Assembly: GCA_963848295.1 (NCBI GenBank) | Contig: CAWKDB010000011.1 | Span: forward strand, 352,001-416,000 | From: an uncultured delta proteobacterium | Lineage (GTDB): Bacteria > Myxococcota_A > Polyangia > Haliangiales > Haliangiaceae | Direction: 5' to 3' | DNA: 64,000 nucleotides | In this document: positions 1 to 9,189 of the stretch, piece after piece | Layout of the letters: each line of letters opens with the position of its first letter | Numbering within the stretch: the stretch's first letter is position 1 | Notes under the pieces: model-generated | The model's input: only the letters and a program-made list of their open reading frames with translations | The model's database searches: none | What the model was told of the DNA's origin: nothing | Translations under genes and position numbers: made by a program

Positions 1-189
1 CACGGCACGACGCGAATGGACATCTTCAAGACGATCCGCGGCGGAGTCCCGGGGACCGCGATGCCGGCGTGGGGCGAACAGATGGCCCCGACCGACGTGG
101 TCGCGGTCGCGACGTTCGCGATCTCGCTGCGCGGCAAGAACATCCGAGGCAAGGCGCCTCAAGGTCACCGGGTGGAGAAGTTCAAGTGA
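1..189 (+). CDS. ccoP: cbb3-type cytochrome c oxidase subunit III / cytochrome c, C-terminal part (5' end outside window)
   Basis: Frame 1 reads HGTTRMDIFKTIRGGVPGTAMPAWGEQM...GKAPQGHRVEKFK*, a typical CcoP C-terminus with the axial-Met motif MPAW. Its stop overlaps the ccoG start. Confidence 0.75.
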   Translation, partial: HGTTRMDIFKTIRGGVPGTAMPAWGEQMAPTDVVAVATFAISLRGKNIRGKAPQGHRVEKFK

Positions 190-1560
190 CCAAGAACCTG
201 CAGTCGGCCGGCGTGTTGTCGACGATGCACGCCGACGGCACGCGCAACGTGCTTCATCCGAAGCTCGCCCGCGGCCGATTCCTGCGTCGCCGGCAAGTCG
301 TCGCGTATGCGCTGATGCTCGTGTTCGCGATCCTGCCGCGCATCCGGATCGGCGGGCGCCCCGCGCTGTTGATCGACTTGGCGGCGCGCGAGCTGTCGGC
401 CTTCGGCACGGTCTTTCGCCCGAGCGACGGCTTCTTGCTCGCGCTGCTCGGCGTCGCGGTCATCGCTGCGGTGTTCTTCGTGACCGCGCTGTTCGGGCGC
501 GTGTGGTGCGGTTGGGGCTGCCCCCAGAGCGTCTACCTCGAGCATCTTTACCGCCCGATCGAGCGTCTGACTCGAGGGCACCCACGGTCGTCGCGCGAGC
601 GTGTGGCGCCGGTTCGTGAAGCTCGCGACGTTCGCCGCGATCTCGTTCGGCCTCGCGAACGTGTTTCTCGCGTACTTCGTCGGCAGCGATCAGCTGGAGA
701 GCTGGGTCACCGAGTCGCCGCTCGACCATCCCGTCGGCTTCTCGATCGTCGTCGCGGTGAGCGCGTTGATGCTGTTTGACTTCGGCTGGTTCCGCGAACA
801 GATGTGCATCGTGACGTGCCCGTATGGCCGGCTCCAATCGGTGTTGCTCGATCCGCAATCGCTGATCGTCGGATACGACGCCAGACGCGGCGAGCCACGG
901 ACGCAGCTCAAGAAGAAGCTGCCGGTCGTGAGCGGCGGAGATTGCGTCGACTGCTCCGCGTGCGTCGCGGTCTGTCCGACCGGGATCGACATCCGCAACG
1001 GCTTGCAGATGGAGTGTCTCGGCTGCGCGCAGTGCATCGACGCGTGTGACGGCGTGATGACCAAGCTCCACCGCAAGCCGGGGCTCATCCGTTACACGTC
1101 GCAAGACGAGCTGAGCGGCAAGCCGCGCAAGCTGCTGCGCGTGCGGACGGTGGTCTATCCGGCGTTGCTCGCGTTCGCGGCGCTCTGGCTCGGCACCAGC
1201 ATCGCCCATCGCTCCGGCACCGAGGTGTGGGTCGAGCGTAACGCCGGCCCGAGCTTTACCGAGCTGCCGGACGGCCGGATCGCGTCGCTCGTCCGGATCA
1301 AGATCGAGAACGAGACCGATGATGTCCGCGCGTACACGTTCGAGCTCTTGACGGCGCCGGCAGGATCGCAGCTGCGTTCGCCGCTGCCCCAGTGGCAGGC
1401 GCAACCACACGCGTCGATCGACGTCCCGCTCTTCGTCGACGTCGCGCGCGGCGGGTTCGTCCACGGCGAGGCGCGCGTGCGCATGGCGGTCCGCGACGGC
1501 GATGGCCGCACCAAGGTGGTCGCCGCGACCTTGCTCGGCCCCGACGGAGGTGCTCGATGA
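186..1560 (+). pseudogene. ccoG: Cytochrome c oxidase accessory 4Fe-4S protein CcoG/FixG, split by a +1 frameshift at ~570 (real lesion or assembly error)
   Basis: The 5' frame from GTG 186 has GRVWCGWGCPQ. The 3' frame (ORF 601..1560) has REQMCIVTCPYG, CVDCSACVAVCP and CLGCAQCIDAC. Removing one base at 570/571 joins the frames as IERLLEGTHGRR. Confidence 0.85.
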
Positions 1561-2003
1561 CGCCGGCGCGGAAATGGATCGCCGCGATCGTCGGCTTGCT
1601 CGGCGCGAACGTGATCGGCACCTCGGTCCTGATCGTCTACGCGCACAGCGGGGCGTCGCGGGTGATTCCGGAGTACTACGACCGCGCGGTGCACTACGAC
1701 GCCGCGATCGATCAGGCGGCGATCAACCGCAAGCTCGGATGGTCGGTCGAGACCACGATCGCGCACGGCGGTGCGACCGTACGCGTGCGCGATCGCCGCG
1801 GCGCACCGATCGAGGGTGCGACGGTCCGGATCGAAGCGACGACGCGCATCGGCTCGGAAGCGCCCCGGACCGCCACCCTGGTCGCGGCGGACCGAGGCGA
1901 CTATCGCGGCGCGCTCGCGGCGACCGGCTGGACCGATCTCGTCGTCACGGTCGAGCGAGGGAGCGAGCGCTTCATCACGCGCGCGGCCGTCGAGGGGCGA
2001 TGA
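1557..2003 (+). CDS. ccoH: FixH/CcoH family protein
   Basis: ATGA overlap with ccoG. N-terminal TM helix, then EYYDRAVHYD...LGW. Position within the ccoGHIS locus. Confidence 0.8.
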   Translation: MTPARKWIAAIVGLLGANVIGTSVLIVYAHSGASRVIPEYYDRAVHYDAAIDQAAINRKLGWSVETTIAHGGATVRVRDRRGAPIEGATVRIEATTRIGSEAPRTATLVAADRGDYRGALAATGWTDLVVTVERGSERFITRAAVEGR

Positions 2004-2701
2004 CGCTCGCGGTGCTCGGCGGGATCGCGGCCACGAGCGTGCTCGGCAGCGTACACTGCGTCGCGATGTGCGGTCCGCTCGTCGGGTTGCACGGCGGCGC
2101 GCGTACGGTGGCGCTCGCAGTCGTCCATGCGCTCGGTCGCCTGATCACGTACGCGACGATCGGCGCGCTCGCCGGCTTGGTCGGTAGCGCGCTCGACCTC
2201 GCCGGCGGGTTCGCGCAGGTCCAGCGCGCGGCGACGATCGTCGCTGGCATCGCGATCGTCACCTGGGGCGTCGTCGCATTGCTCGGCACACAGGTCCGCA
2301 CGCCTCGCCACGCCGCAGCCGAGCCCGGCACCTCCGCGTTCGCCGCTGGGTTGGTGCAGATCCGGACTCGACGCCCGGCTCGGCGCGCGCTGCTCGTCGG
2401 CGTGCTGACCGGCCTGTTGCCATGCGGCTGGCTGTGGGCGTTCGCGATCACCGCGGCGGGCACGGGACATCCGGTCACCGGCGCGCTCGTAATGACGGCG
2501 TTCTGGCTGGGCACCGTCCCGGCGATGGTCGGCATGCTCGCGCTCGCCGGGCCCCTGGTCTCGCGGCTGCGCGCGCGCATGCCGGTGGTCACGGCGGCGG
2601 TGCTGATCGGTTTGGGCATCACGACGCTCGCGGCGCGCTGGCACGACGCGGGGACCACCCAGGTGCTGGCGCCGCACTGCCACGGACATGGAGCTGCATG
2701 A
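2000..2701 (+). CDS. Sulfite exporter TauE/SafE / DsbD_2-type membrane protein of cbb3 maturation loci
   Basis: GSVHCVAMCGP and GLLPCG motifs, hydrophobic, translationally coupled at both ends. Confidence 0.85.
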   Translation: MTLAVLGGIAATSVLGSVHCVAMCGPLVGLHGGARTVALAVVHALGRLITYATIGALAGLVGSALDLAGGFAQVQRAATIVAGIAIVTWGVVALLGTQVRTPRHAAAEPGTSAFAAGLVQIRTRRPARRALLVGVLTGLLPCGWLWAFAITAAGTGHPVTGALVMTAFWLGTVPAMVGMLALAGPLVSRLRARMPVVTAAVLIGLGITTLAARWHDAGTTQVLAPHCHGHGAA

Positions 2702-5112
2702 CCCAGGCGCTCGCGGTCAGGCCGTGCGCGCATTGCGCCTTGCCCATCCCGGCGGGACGCGGCGATGACTTCTGTTGCGCCGGGTGCGAGGTAGTCCATC
2801 GCGCGATCGCCGAGCACGGCCTCGATCGCTATTACGCCCTGCGCGAGCCCGGTGTGCCGTCGCGTACGACGTCGCGCGGCTACGCCGAGCTCGACGATTC
2901 GGCGTTTGCCCGCGTGCACGTTCGAGACGACGCCGACGGCACGGCACACGTCGCGCTGTACTTGGAAGATCTGCGCTGCGCCGCTTGCGTATGGCTTGTC
3001 GAAGCGACGCCGCGTTGTGTCGGCGGCGTCACCGAAGTGCGAGTCGATCTCGGCCGCAGCCGCGCGGACGTGACGTGGGATCGGCGCCGGACCTCGCTGT
3101 CCGCGATCGCACGCCACCTCGATCGCATCGGTCACGCGGTGCACCCGTTTCGCGGGCTCGATCGCGACGCGCAACGCCGGCGCGAAGATCGCGCGTTGCT
3201 GATCAAGCTCGGCGTCGCCGGTGCCGCGACCGGCAACCTGATGCTCCTCGCGATCGCGCTGTACGCGGGCCTGTTCGGCGGCATGGGCGCTGGCGACAAG
3301 GCCTTCTTTCGTTGGGCATCGATGCTCGTCGCACTCCCCGCGCTCGGCTATGCCGCGACGCCGATCTTTCGCACCGCGCTCGGCGCCTTGCGAGCGAGGC
3401 GCTTGCATCTCGATCTTCCGCTTTCGATCGGAATCCTGTGCGGGCTTGGGTGGGGCAGCGCAAACGTGATCCGCGGGGTCGGCGAGATCTACTTCGATAG
3501 CCTGTCGATGCTGGTGTTCCTGTTGCTCGTGTCGCGCTGGATCGTCCTCCAGCATCAGCGACGCGCGTCGAGCGCGGCCGAGTTATTGCTCGCGCTGACC
3601 CCGAGCCGGGGACGCCGGATCGATCCGGAGTCCGGGCGCATCGATGACGTGCCGATCGACGCGATCGAGATCGGCGACCGACTCGAAGTGCGCGCCGGCG
3701 ACACGATCCCCGTCGATGCGACGGTCGCGCAAGGTCGGTCCGCGATCGATGCGGGGCTACTCACCGGCGAATCACGCCCGGTCGATGTCGCGGTCGGCGA
3801 TCGCGTGCACGCCGGTACGGTGAACCTCGTCGGGCCGCTCGAGCTCGTGACGACTGCGGTAGGCGAGCACACGCGCGTCGGCGCGCTGGTCTCGACGATC
3901 GACGCGTTGTCGGCGCGCAGATCGCCGATCGAGCGCATGGTCGACCGGTTAGCTGGACGGTTCGTCGCGATCGTGACGCTCGCCGCTGCGCTCACGTTCG
4001 CCGGCTGGGCGATTGTCTCCCCTGCGCTCGGTGCGGAGCACGCGATCGCGCTGCTGATCGTCACCTGTCCGTGCGCGCTCGCGCTCGCGACGCCGCTTGC
4101 GATCGTGATCGCACTCGGTCGCGCGGCCCGGCGCGGGATCTTGATCAAGGGCGCCGATGCGCTCGAACGGCTCGCGGTGCCGGGGACGATGTTCATCGAC
4201 AAGACCGGGACGCTCACGGAAGGGCGACTCGCGGTGGCGACGTGGTTCGGCGACGTCGATGCTCGACGTTTCGCGGCTGCGGTCGAAGCAGGCAGTGCAC
4301 ACCCGATCGCGCGCGCGTTGACCGCCGCCAGCGCGCCGGCCGGGATTGCGAGCGCGGTTCGCGAGGACCTCGGTCGCGGTATCCGCGGCATCGTCGCCGG
4401 TCGCAACGTCCTCGTCGGCTCGCCGCGCTGGGTGAGAGAGCAGTCCGGCGCTGCGGCTCGCCATCGCGAGCTGACATCGTGGATAACGGACATCACGAAC
4501 CGCGGCGAGACGCCGATCGCGATCGCCGTCGACGGCGCGATCGTGGCAGTCGCCGGACTCGCCGACCCGATCCGCGCCGACGCAAAAGCCGCGCTCGAAG
4601 CGCTCGCCGGCCAAGGGTGGAAGATCGAGCTGCTCTCTGGAGATGACGAGCGGGTCGTCGACGCGGTGGGTGACGCGCTCGGCGTGCCGGCCTCGCGCCG
4701 CAGCGGTGGCGTGCCCCCCGAGTACAAGCTCGCGGCGGTGAAGGCGGCGACGTTGCGCGGTCCGGTCGCGATGGTCGGTGATGGGGTCAACGACGCGGCG
4801 GCGATCGCGGCCGCGACCTGCGGGATCGCGGTGTCGGGCTCTGCCGAGATCGCGATCGAGGCCGCCGATGTCTACTTGCGGTCGCCATCGGTCGAGCTGA
4901 TCGCGGCGACCACGGCGGGCGCGCGAGAGACGGTCGCGACGATTCGGCGCAGCCTGCGGATCTCGCTCGCCTACAACCTGACCGCCGGGATGCTCGCGGT
5001 GACCGGCGTCATCCATCCACTCGTGGCAGCGTTGCTCATGCCGTTGAGCTCTCTCACCGTGCTCGGCTCGTCGTTGCGGTCGCGTGCGTTCATCTCGGCG
5101 GGGTTGCCATGA
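2698..5112 (+). CDS. ccoI: Heavy-metal (Cu) translocating P1B-type ATPase CcoI/FixI
   Basis: CAHC and FCCAGC metal-binding N-terminus, CAAC HMA motif, TGES, CPC, DKTGTLT, HP, GDGVNDA. Confidence 0.93.
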   Translation: MTQALAVRPCAHCALPIPAGRGDDFCCAGCEVVHRAIAEHGLDRYYALREPGVPSRTTSRGYAELDDSAFARVHVRDDADGTAHVALYLEDLRCAACVWLVEATPRCVGGVTEVRVDLGRSRADVTWDRRRTSLSAIARHLDRIGHAVHPFRGLDRDAQRRREDRALLIKLGVAGAATGNLMLLAIALYAGLFGGMGAGDKAFFRWASMLVALPALGYAATPIFRTALGALRARRLHLDLPLSIGILCGLGWGSANVIRGVGEIYFDSLSMLVFLLLVSRWIVLQHQRRASSAAELLLALTPSRGRRIDPESGRIDDVPIDAIEIGDRLEVRAGDTIPVDATVAQGRSAIDAGLLTGESRPVDVAVGDRVHAGTVNLVGPLELVTTAVGEHTRVGALVSTIDALSARRSPIERMVDRLAGRFVAIVTLAAALTFAGWAIVSPALGAEHAIALLIVTCPCALALATPLAIVIALGRAARRGILIKGADALERLAVPGTMFIDKTGTLTEGRLAVATWFGDVDARRFAAAVEAGSAHPIARALTAASAPAGIASAVREDLGRGIRGIVAGRNVLVGSPRWVREQSGAAARHRELTSWITDITNRGETPIAIAVDGAIVAVAGLADPIRADAKAALEALAGQGWKIELLSGDDERVVDAVGDALGVPASRRSGGVPPEYKLAAVKAATLRGPVAMVGDGVNDAAAIAAATCGIAVSGSAEIAIEAADVYLRSPSVELIAATTAGARETVATIRRSLRISLAYNLTAGMLAVTGVIHPLVAALLMPLSSLTVLGSSLRSRAFISAGLP

Positions 5113-5306
5113 CCGTGTTGTACATCCTGATCCCACTCGCGCTCCTGATCGCCGGCGGTGCGGTCGGTGCCTTCGTCTGGACCGTCCGCAGTGGACAACT
5201 CGATGACGTCGACACGCCGCCGCAACGGATCTTGTTCGATGACGAACCGCGCGCGTGGTCAGCAACAAGAAGAGCTCGCTCGACCGAGCGCTCAGCTGAA
5301 CCCTGA
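5109..5306 (+). CDS. ccoS: cbb3 oxidase maturation protein CcoS/FixS
   Basis: MTVLYILIPLAL...WTVRSGQLDDVDTPPQRILFDD signature. Directly follows ccoI. Confidence 0.9.
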   Translation: MTVLYILIPLALLIAGGAVGAFVWTVRSGQLDDVDTPPQRILFDDEPRAWSATRRARSTERSAEP

Positions 5307-6155
5307 CGCCCCCGCCGCGTTCGGGTGTTCGAGCTCGATGATCTCGCTGATCGACTCCGGCCCTGCGAGCTCACCCTGCATGTCGCGGAACCGGCGGACG
5401 ATCGCATGCACGCGATCGGGGGACAGCACGTCTTCGACCCCGGCGCGCCGGATCGTCGCACCGAGCTTGCGTTCGAAGATGTCGAGATAGACATCGCGAT
5501 CGACACCCAGAGTCGCCGCGTCCCTCTCGGTGCGGCGCAGACTGCGCAGGCCGAAGTGCAACATCGCCTGCAGCTTGATGCCGAGCGTACGCCGCGCCAT
5601 GGATGATAGCCGCGGATGGATTCGCCGCAGCGCTTCGACGACATAGGAGATGTGCCGCGCCTCGTCTCGCAACGCGTGCTCGCAGATTTGCTTGAGCAGG
5701 TCGTCGGCGTGCGACCTGCGCAGCATCGCAAACAGCACTTCACCGAGGGTCTCGCTCATCATCACCGAGAAAAAGAAGCTCTCGACAGAGCTGCCCATCA
5801 TATCGGCGATGCGCGTGATCACCCTCCACAGCAACGGACATTCCTCGAGCGCACCGATCTGTCTGCAGTAGCGCTCGAGCACGTAGACGTGGCGCGCCTC
5901 CTCGAACGCGTGGGCCGCCGCGCATAGCGCGAGGTGATCATCGCCGAAATAGCGGCGGATCGGCTCGGCCATGCGCTGGACGGTCCACAGCGACTGGTGC
6001 TCGGACCAGTACAGCTCGTTGATCAAGCGTCTACGTGCGGCTTCGATCGTGGAATTCGCGATGGCGGTCGGCGTGGTCCAATCGAGATCGCGGTCGGCAT
6101 TCCATTGGCAGGCAAGCGAGCGCTCGTAGATGCGGAGTGCGGGGTCGGCAGTCAT
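5292..6155 (-). CDS. Ferritin-like diiron protein (paralog of 32769..33638)
   Basis: Paired E...EEARH and E...DEARH diiron motifs. Long identical stretches with the cluster copy (RLINELYWSE, EARHVYVLERYCRQIG, SETLGEVLFAMLR). Confidence 0.8.
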   Translation of the reverse strand: MTADPALRIYERSLACQWNADRDLDWTTPTAIANSTIEAARRRLINELYWSEHQSLWTVQRMAEPIRRYFGDDHLALCAAAHAFEEARHVYVLERYCRQIGALEECPLLWRVITRIADMMGSSVESFFFSVMMSETLGEVLFAMLRRSHADDLLKQICEHALRDEARHISYVVEALRRIHPRLSSMARRTLGIKLQAMLHFGLRSLRRTERDAATLGVDRDVYLDIFERKLGATIRRAGVEDVLSPDRVHAIVRRFRDMQGELAGPESISEIIELEHPNAAGASGFS

Positions 6156-6958
6156 CGCGGTTGTTTCTCCTTGGTCTTTGCGGCGGCCGCGGCAACCTCG
6201 GCGCGGGTCACACCGATGGCTTTGAGTGCGGGCAACCAGACTTCAGCGACAAACGCGGTGCGGTCCATGCCCGCCTCGCGCATCACCTTCACGCGCTCGT
6301 CGTAGTCGGGCAGCAGGTCGTAGGCGGGCATCGTGAAGTGCTTGAACACGTGCGCGAGATCGCTCAGCGTGCCGGCGTGATCTTCCTCGAGCAAGACCCG
6401 TGCGCACGCAGCGTAGAACCCGAAATGCGCGACCTCGTCGCGCGCGATAAGGCCATAGATCGCGCCGAGTAGCGGATCGCCCTTGGTCAGGGCCAGTTGC
6501 TTGTGCTTCTTGTAGAACACGTAGGTGGTGAGCTCCTGGATCATCGGATACAGGGTCATCTGTCGCGCGGTCTCGAACGGTGGCGACCACCGCTTCGACA
6601 GGATCGCGCGTTCGTACGCGACGATCTCGCCGTCGGTCCGCTGATGGGTCCGCCGCAAGTACTCGCGCAAGACGAGCGAATGCTTGCTCTCCTCGTAGCC
6701 CCAGTTCGCGAGCCACCACGCGCGGCCGAACGAATCGCGCATCACGTTGATGCCTTGGCCGACGTAGTCCGGCAGGTACATCTCGACTCCGCAGAACGTC
6801 TCGGCGCACTGAGCGAGCTTCGCGTTTCGCGGGCTCTCGTCAGCGAGCTCCCACGGAACGTCGTCGAATACGCTCCAGCGGCGGTGCTTCTCCGCTCGTT
6901 CGAAGAACGTCATGTACTCGCGGTAGATGTTCTCTGCGCTTGCGACGGAAACCGGCAC
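6152..6958 (-). CDS. Soluble acyl-ACP desaturase family diiron protein (paralog of 24921..25733)
   Basis: VEMYLPDY, W-x2-EESKH, QELTT, RDEVAH and FTMP motifs. Confidence 0.85.
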   Translation of the reverse strand: MPVSVASAENIYREYMTFFERAEKHRRWSVFDDVPWELADESPRNAKLAQCAETFCGVEMYLPDYVGQGINVMRDSFGRAWWLANWGYEESKHSLVLREYLRRTHQRTDGEIVAYERAILSKRWSPPFETARQMTLYPMIQELTTYVFYKKHKQLALTKGDPLLGAIYGLIARDEVAHFGFYAACARVLLEEDHAGTLSDLAHVFKHFTMPAYDLLPDYDERVKVMREAGMDRTAFVAEVWLPALKAIGVTRAEVAAAAAKTKEKQPR

Positions 6959-6978
6959 GCATTCACCTCGTGATCGAC

Positions 6979-7998
6979 CTAGTGCAGGTAACCGCGCCGC
7001 TGCTGATCGCGTTCGATCGAGCGAAACAACGCGCCGAAGTTGCCTTCGCCGAACGACGTATGGTTTCGACGCTGGATCAGCTCGAGGAAGATCGGGCCGA
7101 GCAGATTCTTCGTGAAGATCTGGAGCAGATAGCCTCGGGCATCGCCGTCGACGAGCACCGCGCGTTGCGCCAACTCGGCCCGATTCTCGCGCACGTCGGG
7201 CACGCGGTCGAACACGTCAGCGTAGTACTCGGGTTCGATATCGAGGAACGCGATCGACGAAGCGTCGAGCGCGCGCAGCGACGCGAGGATGTCGTCGGTG
7301 AGCAGGGCGACGTGCTGGATGCCCGGCCCGCGGTACTCCTCGAGGTATTCGTCGATCTGGCTGCCGGTGCCGGTTCCTTCGTTGATCGGGATACAGAACG
7401 AGCCGCACGGCGAGCGCAACGCAAACGAGTGGAGCCCGGACTGTTGCCCTTGGATGTCGAAGTAGCGGACCTGGGTGAACCCGAACACGTGCTCGTAGAA
7501 CTCCGCCCACCGGCGAAGCTCGCCACGCGGCACGTTGTTGGTCATGTGATCGATCGCGAGGAAACCCTTGGCGGCGACGCGGTCCGGCCGCGCGAGCGGC
7601 TCGAAGCCCAGCGATCGCCATGTGGCCATAGCGTCGACGAAATAGATCAGCGAGTCGCCGATGCCGGCGACCGCGGGCATGTTCAAGCCTCCGTCGACCG
7701 CGCGCGCCCCACGCGTGACCGCCGTGCTCGCCGCACGCACCGCATCATCGGCGCGCCAGCCGACCGCACAGATGCCCGGGCCGTGATCGTCGCTGAACTG
7801 CGCCGAAGCGCCGGCGGGCGATCGGTCGAGCAAGATCGCGATCGCGGCTTGTTCGTAGAGCTCTACCGCGCGCGACGTGTGGTGCATCGTGCGGGAGAAC
7901 CCGAGGGCGAGCAGCAGCCGATGAACGGCGTCGGGATCGGGCGATGCGATCGCGACGAACGAGATGCCGCGGACGGCGCATGGATTGTCATTCATCAT
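6979..7998 (-). CDS. hppD: 4-hydroxyphenylpyruvate dioxygenase
   Basis: IDHMTNNV, SQIDEYL, GPGIQHVAL, GYLLQIFT, FLELIQR and FGEGNFGALF. The Fe ligands His/His/Glu are present. Start placed at MMNDNP. Confidence 0.92.
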   Translation of the reverse strand: MMNDNPCAVRGISFVAIASPDPDAVHRLLLALGFSRTMHHTSRAVELYEQAAIAILLDRSPAGASAQFSDDHGPGICAVGWRADDAVRAASTAVTRGARAVDGGLNMPAVAGIGDSLIYFVDAMATWRSLGFEPLARPDRVAAKGFLAIDHMTNNVPRGELRRWAEFYEHVFGFTQVRYFDIQGQQSGLHSFALRSPCGSFCIPINEGTGTGSQIDEYLEEYRGPGIQHVALLTDDILASLRALDASSIAFLDIEPEYYADVFDRVPDVRENRAELAQRAVLVDGDARGYLLQIFTKNLLGPIFLELIQRRNHTSFGEGNFGALFRSIERDQQRRGYLH

Positions 7999-8174
7999 CG
8001 CTGTGGCCGTAGCGGGCCGTCGATGCGCGTCCACGCGACCGGCGGGTGCTCGCGATCCAGGTATGCATAGCGGCCCGCGAAGCCGTCGCGTGCGTAGTCT
8101 TCTTCGACCGTACCTTCGGGAATGCCGACGTGTGCCTGCGCGGCGACGCGACCGCGAATGTCCGGGATGTTCAC
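7995..8174 (-). pseudogene. hmgA: N-terminal 59-aa remnant of homogentisate 1,2-dioxygenase
   Basis: VNIPDIRGRVAAQAHVGIPEGTVEEDYARDGFAGRYAYL...WTRIDGPLRP resembles the HmgA N-terminus (QAH..EE..R.GF.G...W...GPLRP). It ends in an ATGA overlap with hppD. Confidence 0.7.
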
Positions 8175-8212
8175 AACGCTGAACGTGCACGCGCCGCGAT
8201 GAGAATGATAGA

Positions 8213-8234
8213 ACAATGATCGGTCGATCAATGT
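8213..8234. promoter_or_regulatory. Inverted repeat in the divergent LysR/hmgA-hppD promoter; candidate operator
   Basis: ACAATGATCG-GT-CGATCAATGT (10-bp arms, 1 mismatch) in an AT-rich intergenic segment. Confidence 0.45.
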
Positions 8235-8241
8235 GCACAAC

Positions 8242-9114
8242 ATGAACAATCTCGGAATCACGTTGGAGCATGCACGCGCGCTCGATGCGCTCGATCGCCA
8301 CGGTACGTTCGCGGGCGCCGCGACCGCGTTGCGCCGCGGCCACACGTCGGTGCTTTACCTGGTACGGACCCTCGAAGATGCGCTCGGCTTCGCGGTGGTC
8401 GATCGATCCGGCTATCGCACGCGGTTATCGGCGCAGGGCCGTCGCATCCTCGAAGGCTGCCGCGCGATGCTGGCCGCCGAGGCCGAGCTAGGAGCAACGG
8501 TTGCCGAGCTGCGAGCGGGCTGGGAGCCAGCGATCGCGGTGGTCTTTGACGGTGTCGTGCCGATCGAGCCGCTGTTGCGTGCGGTGGGACGGCTCGTCGC
8601 CGAGCGCGTCCCGACGCGTATCGACGTGCGCGCCGAATTCCTAGGTGGTGTGGAGGACGCATTCGAGCAGCTCCACGCGGATCTGATGATCGCCGTGCTG
8701 CCGCCGCGCACGCTCCAGCTCTCCTCGATCAAACTGCCGACGGTCGTCGCTTCGCTTGTCGCCCATGCGGATCACCCACTCGCGCGTGGACGCCACGACG
8801 TGCGCGCGATTCGCAAGCACCTGCTCCTCACCGTGCGAGGCTCGGACCCGCGCCTCGAGCTTCCGACGTCTGCGATCGAGCCACACTCGACGATTCACCT
8901 GAACGACTTCGCCGGCAAGCGCGCCGCGATCCTCGCCGGCATCGGATTCGGCTGGATCCCCGATGCGATGATTTCACGCGATCTCGCTAGCGGTCGACTG
9001 CGCCGCGTCCGATGGACGCGGTCATCGCGCCACGTGTTCCATCCGCGCCTGTACCATCCCAATAGCCCGGGACCGGCGGCGCGGCGGCTGATCGACGCGA
9101 TAACCCGTCGCTGA
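8242..9114 (+). CDS. LysR family transcriptional regulator
   Basis: N-terminal HTH (GTFAGAATALRRGHTSVLYLVRTLEDALG...DRSGYRTRLS), length ~290 aa, divergent from the hppD operon. Confidence 0.9.
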   Translation: MNNLGITLEHARALDALDRHGTFAGAATALRRGHTSVLYLVRTLEDALGFAVVDRSGYRTRLSAQGRRILEGCRAMLAAEAELGATVAELRAGWEPAIAVVFDGVVPIEPLLRAVGRLVAERVPTRIDVRAEFLGGVEDAFEQLHADLMIAVLPPRTLQLSSIKLPTVVASLVAHADHPLARGRHDVRAIRKHLLLTVRGSDPRLELPTSAIEPHSTIHLNDFAGKRAAILAGIGFGWIPDAMISRDLASGRLRRVRWTRSSRHVFHPRLYHPNSPGPAARRLIDAITRR

Positions 9115-9189
9115 CTGCCGTGCGAGCGAGAGGCCGGTGTGACTCTGGGCAGTCCGCTCTCGACGCGTCACCGAACTAGCACCAGCGAG

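Noticed and set aside
8216..8231. FNR/FixK box near the cbb3 locus
   Set aside because: Half-site spacing is 6 rather than 4, and the left half is ATGAT.
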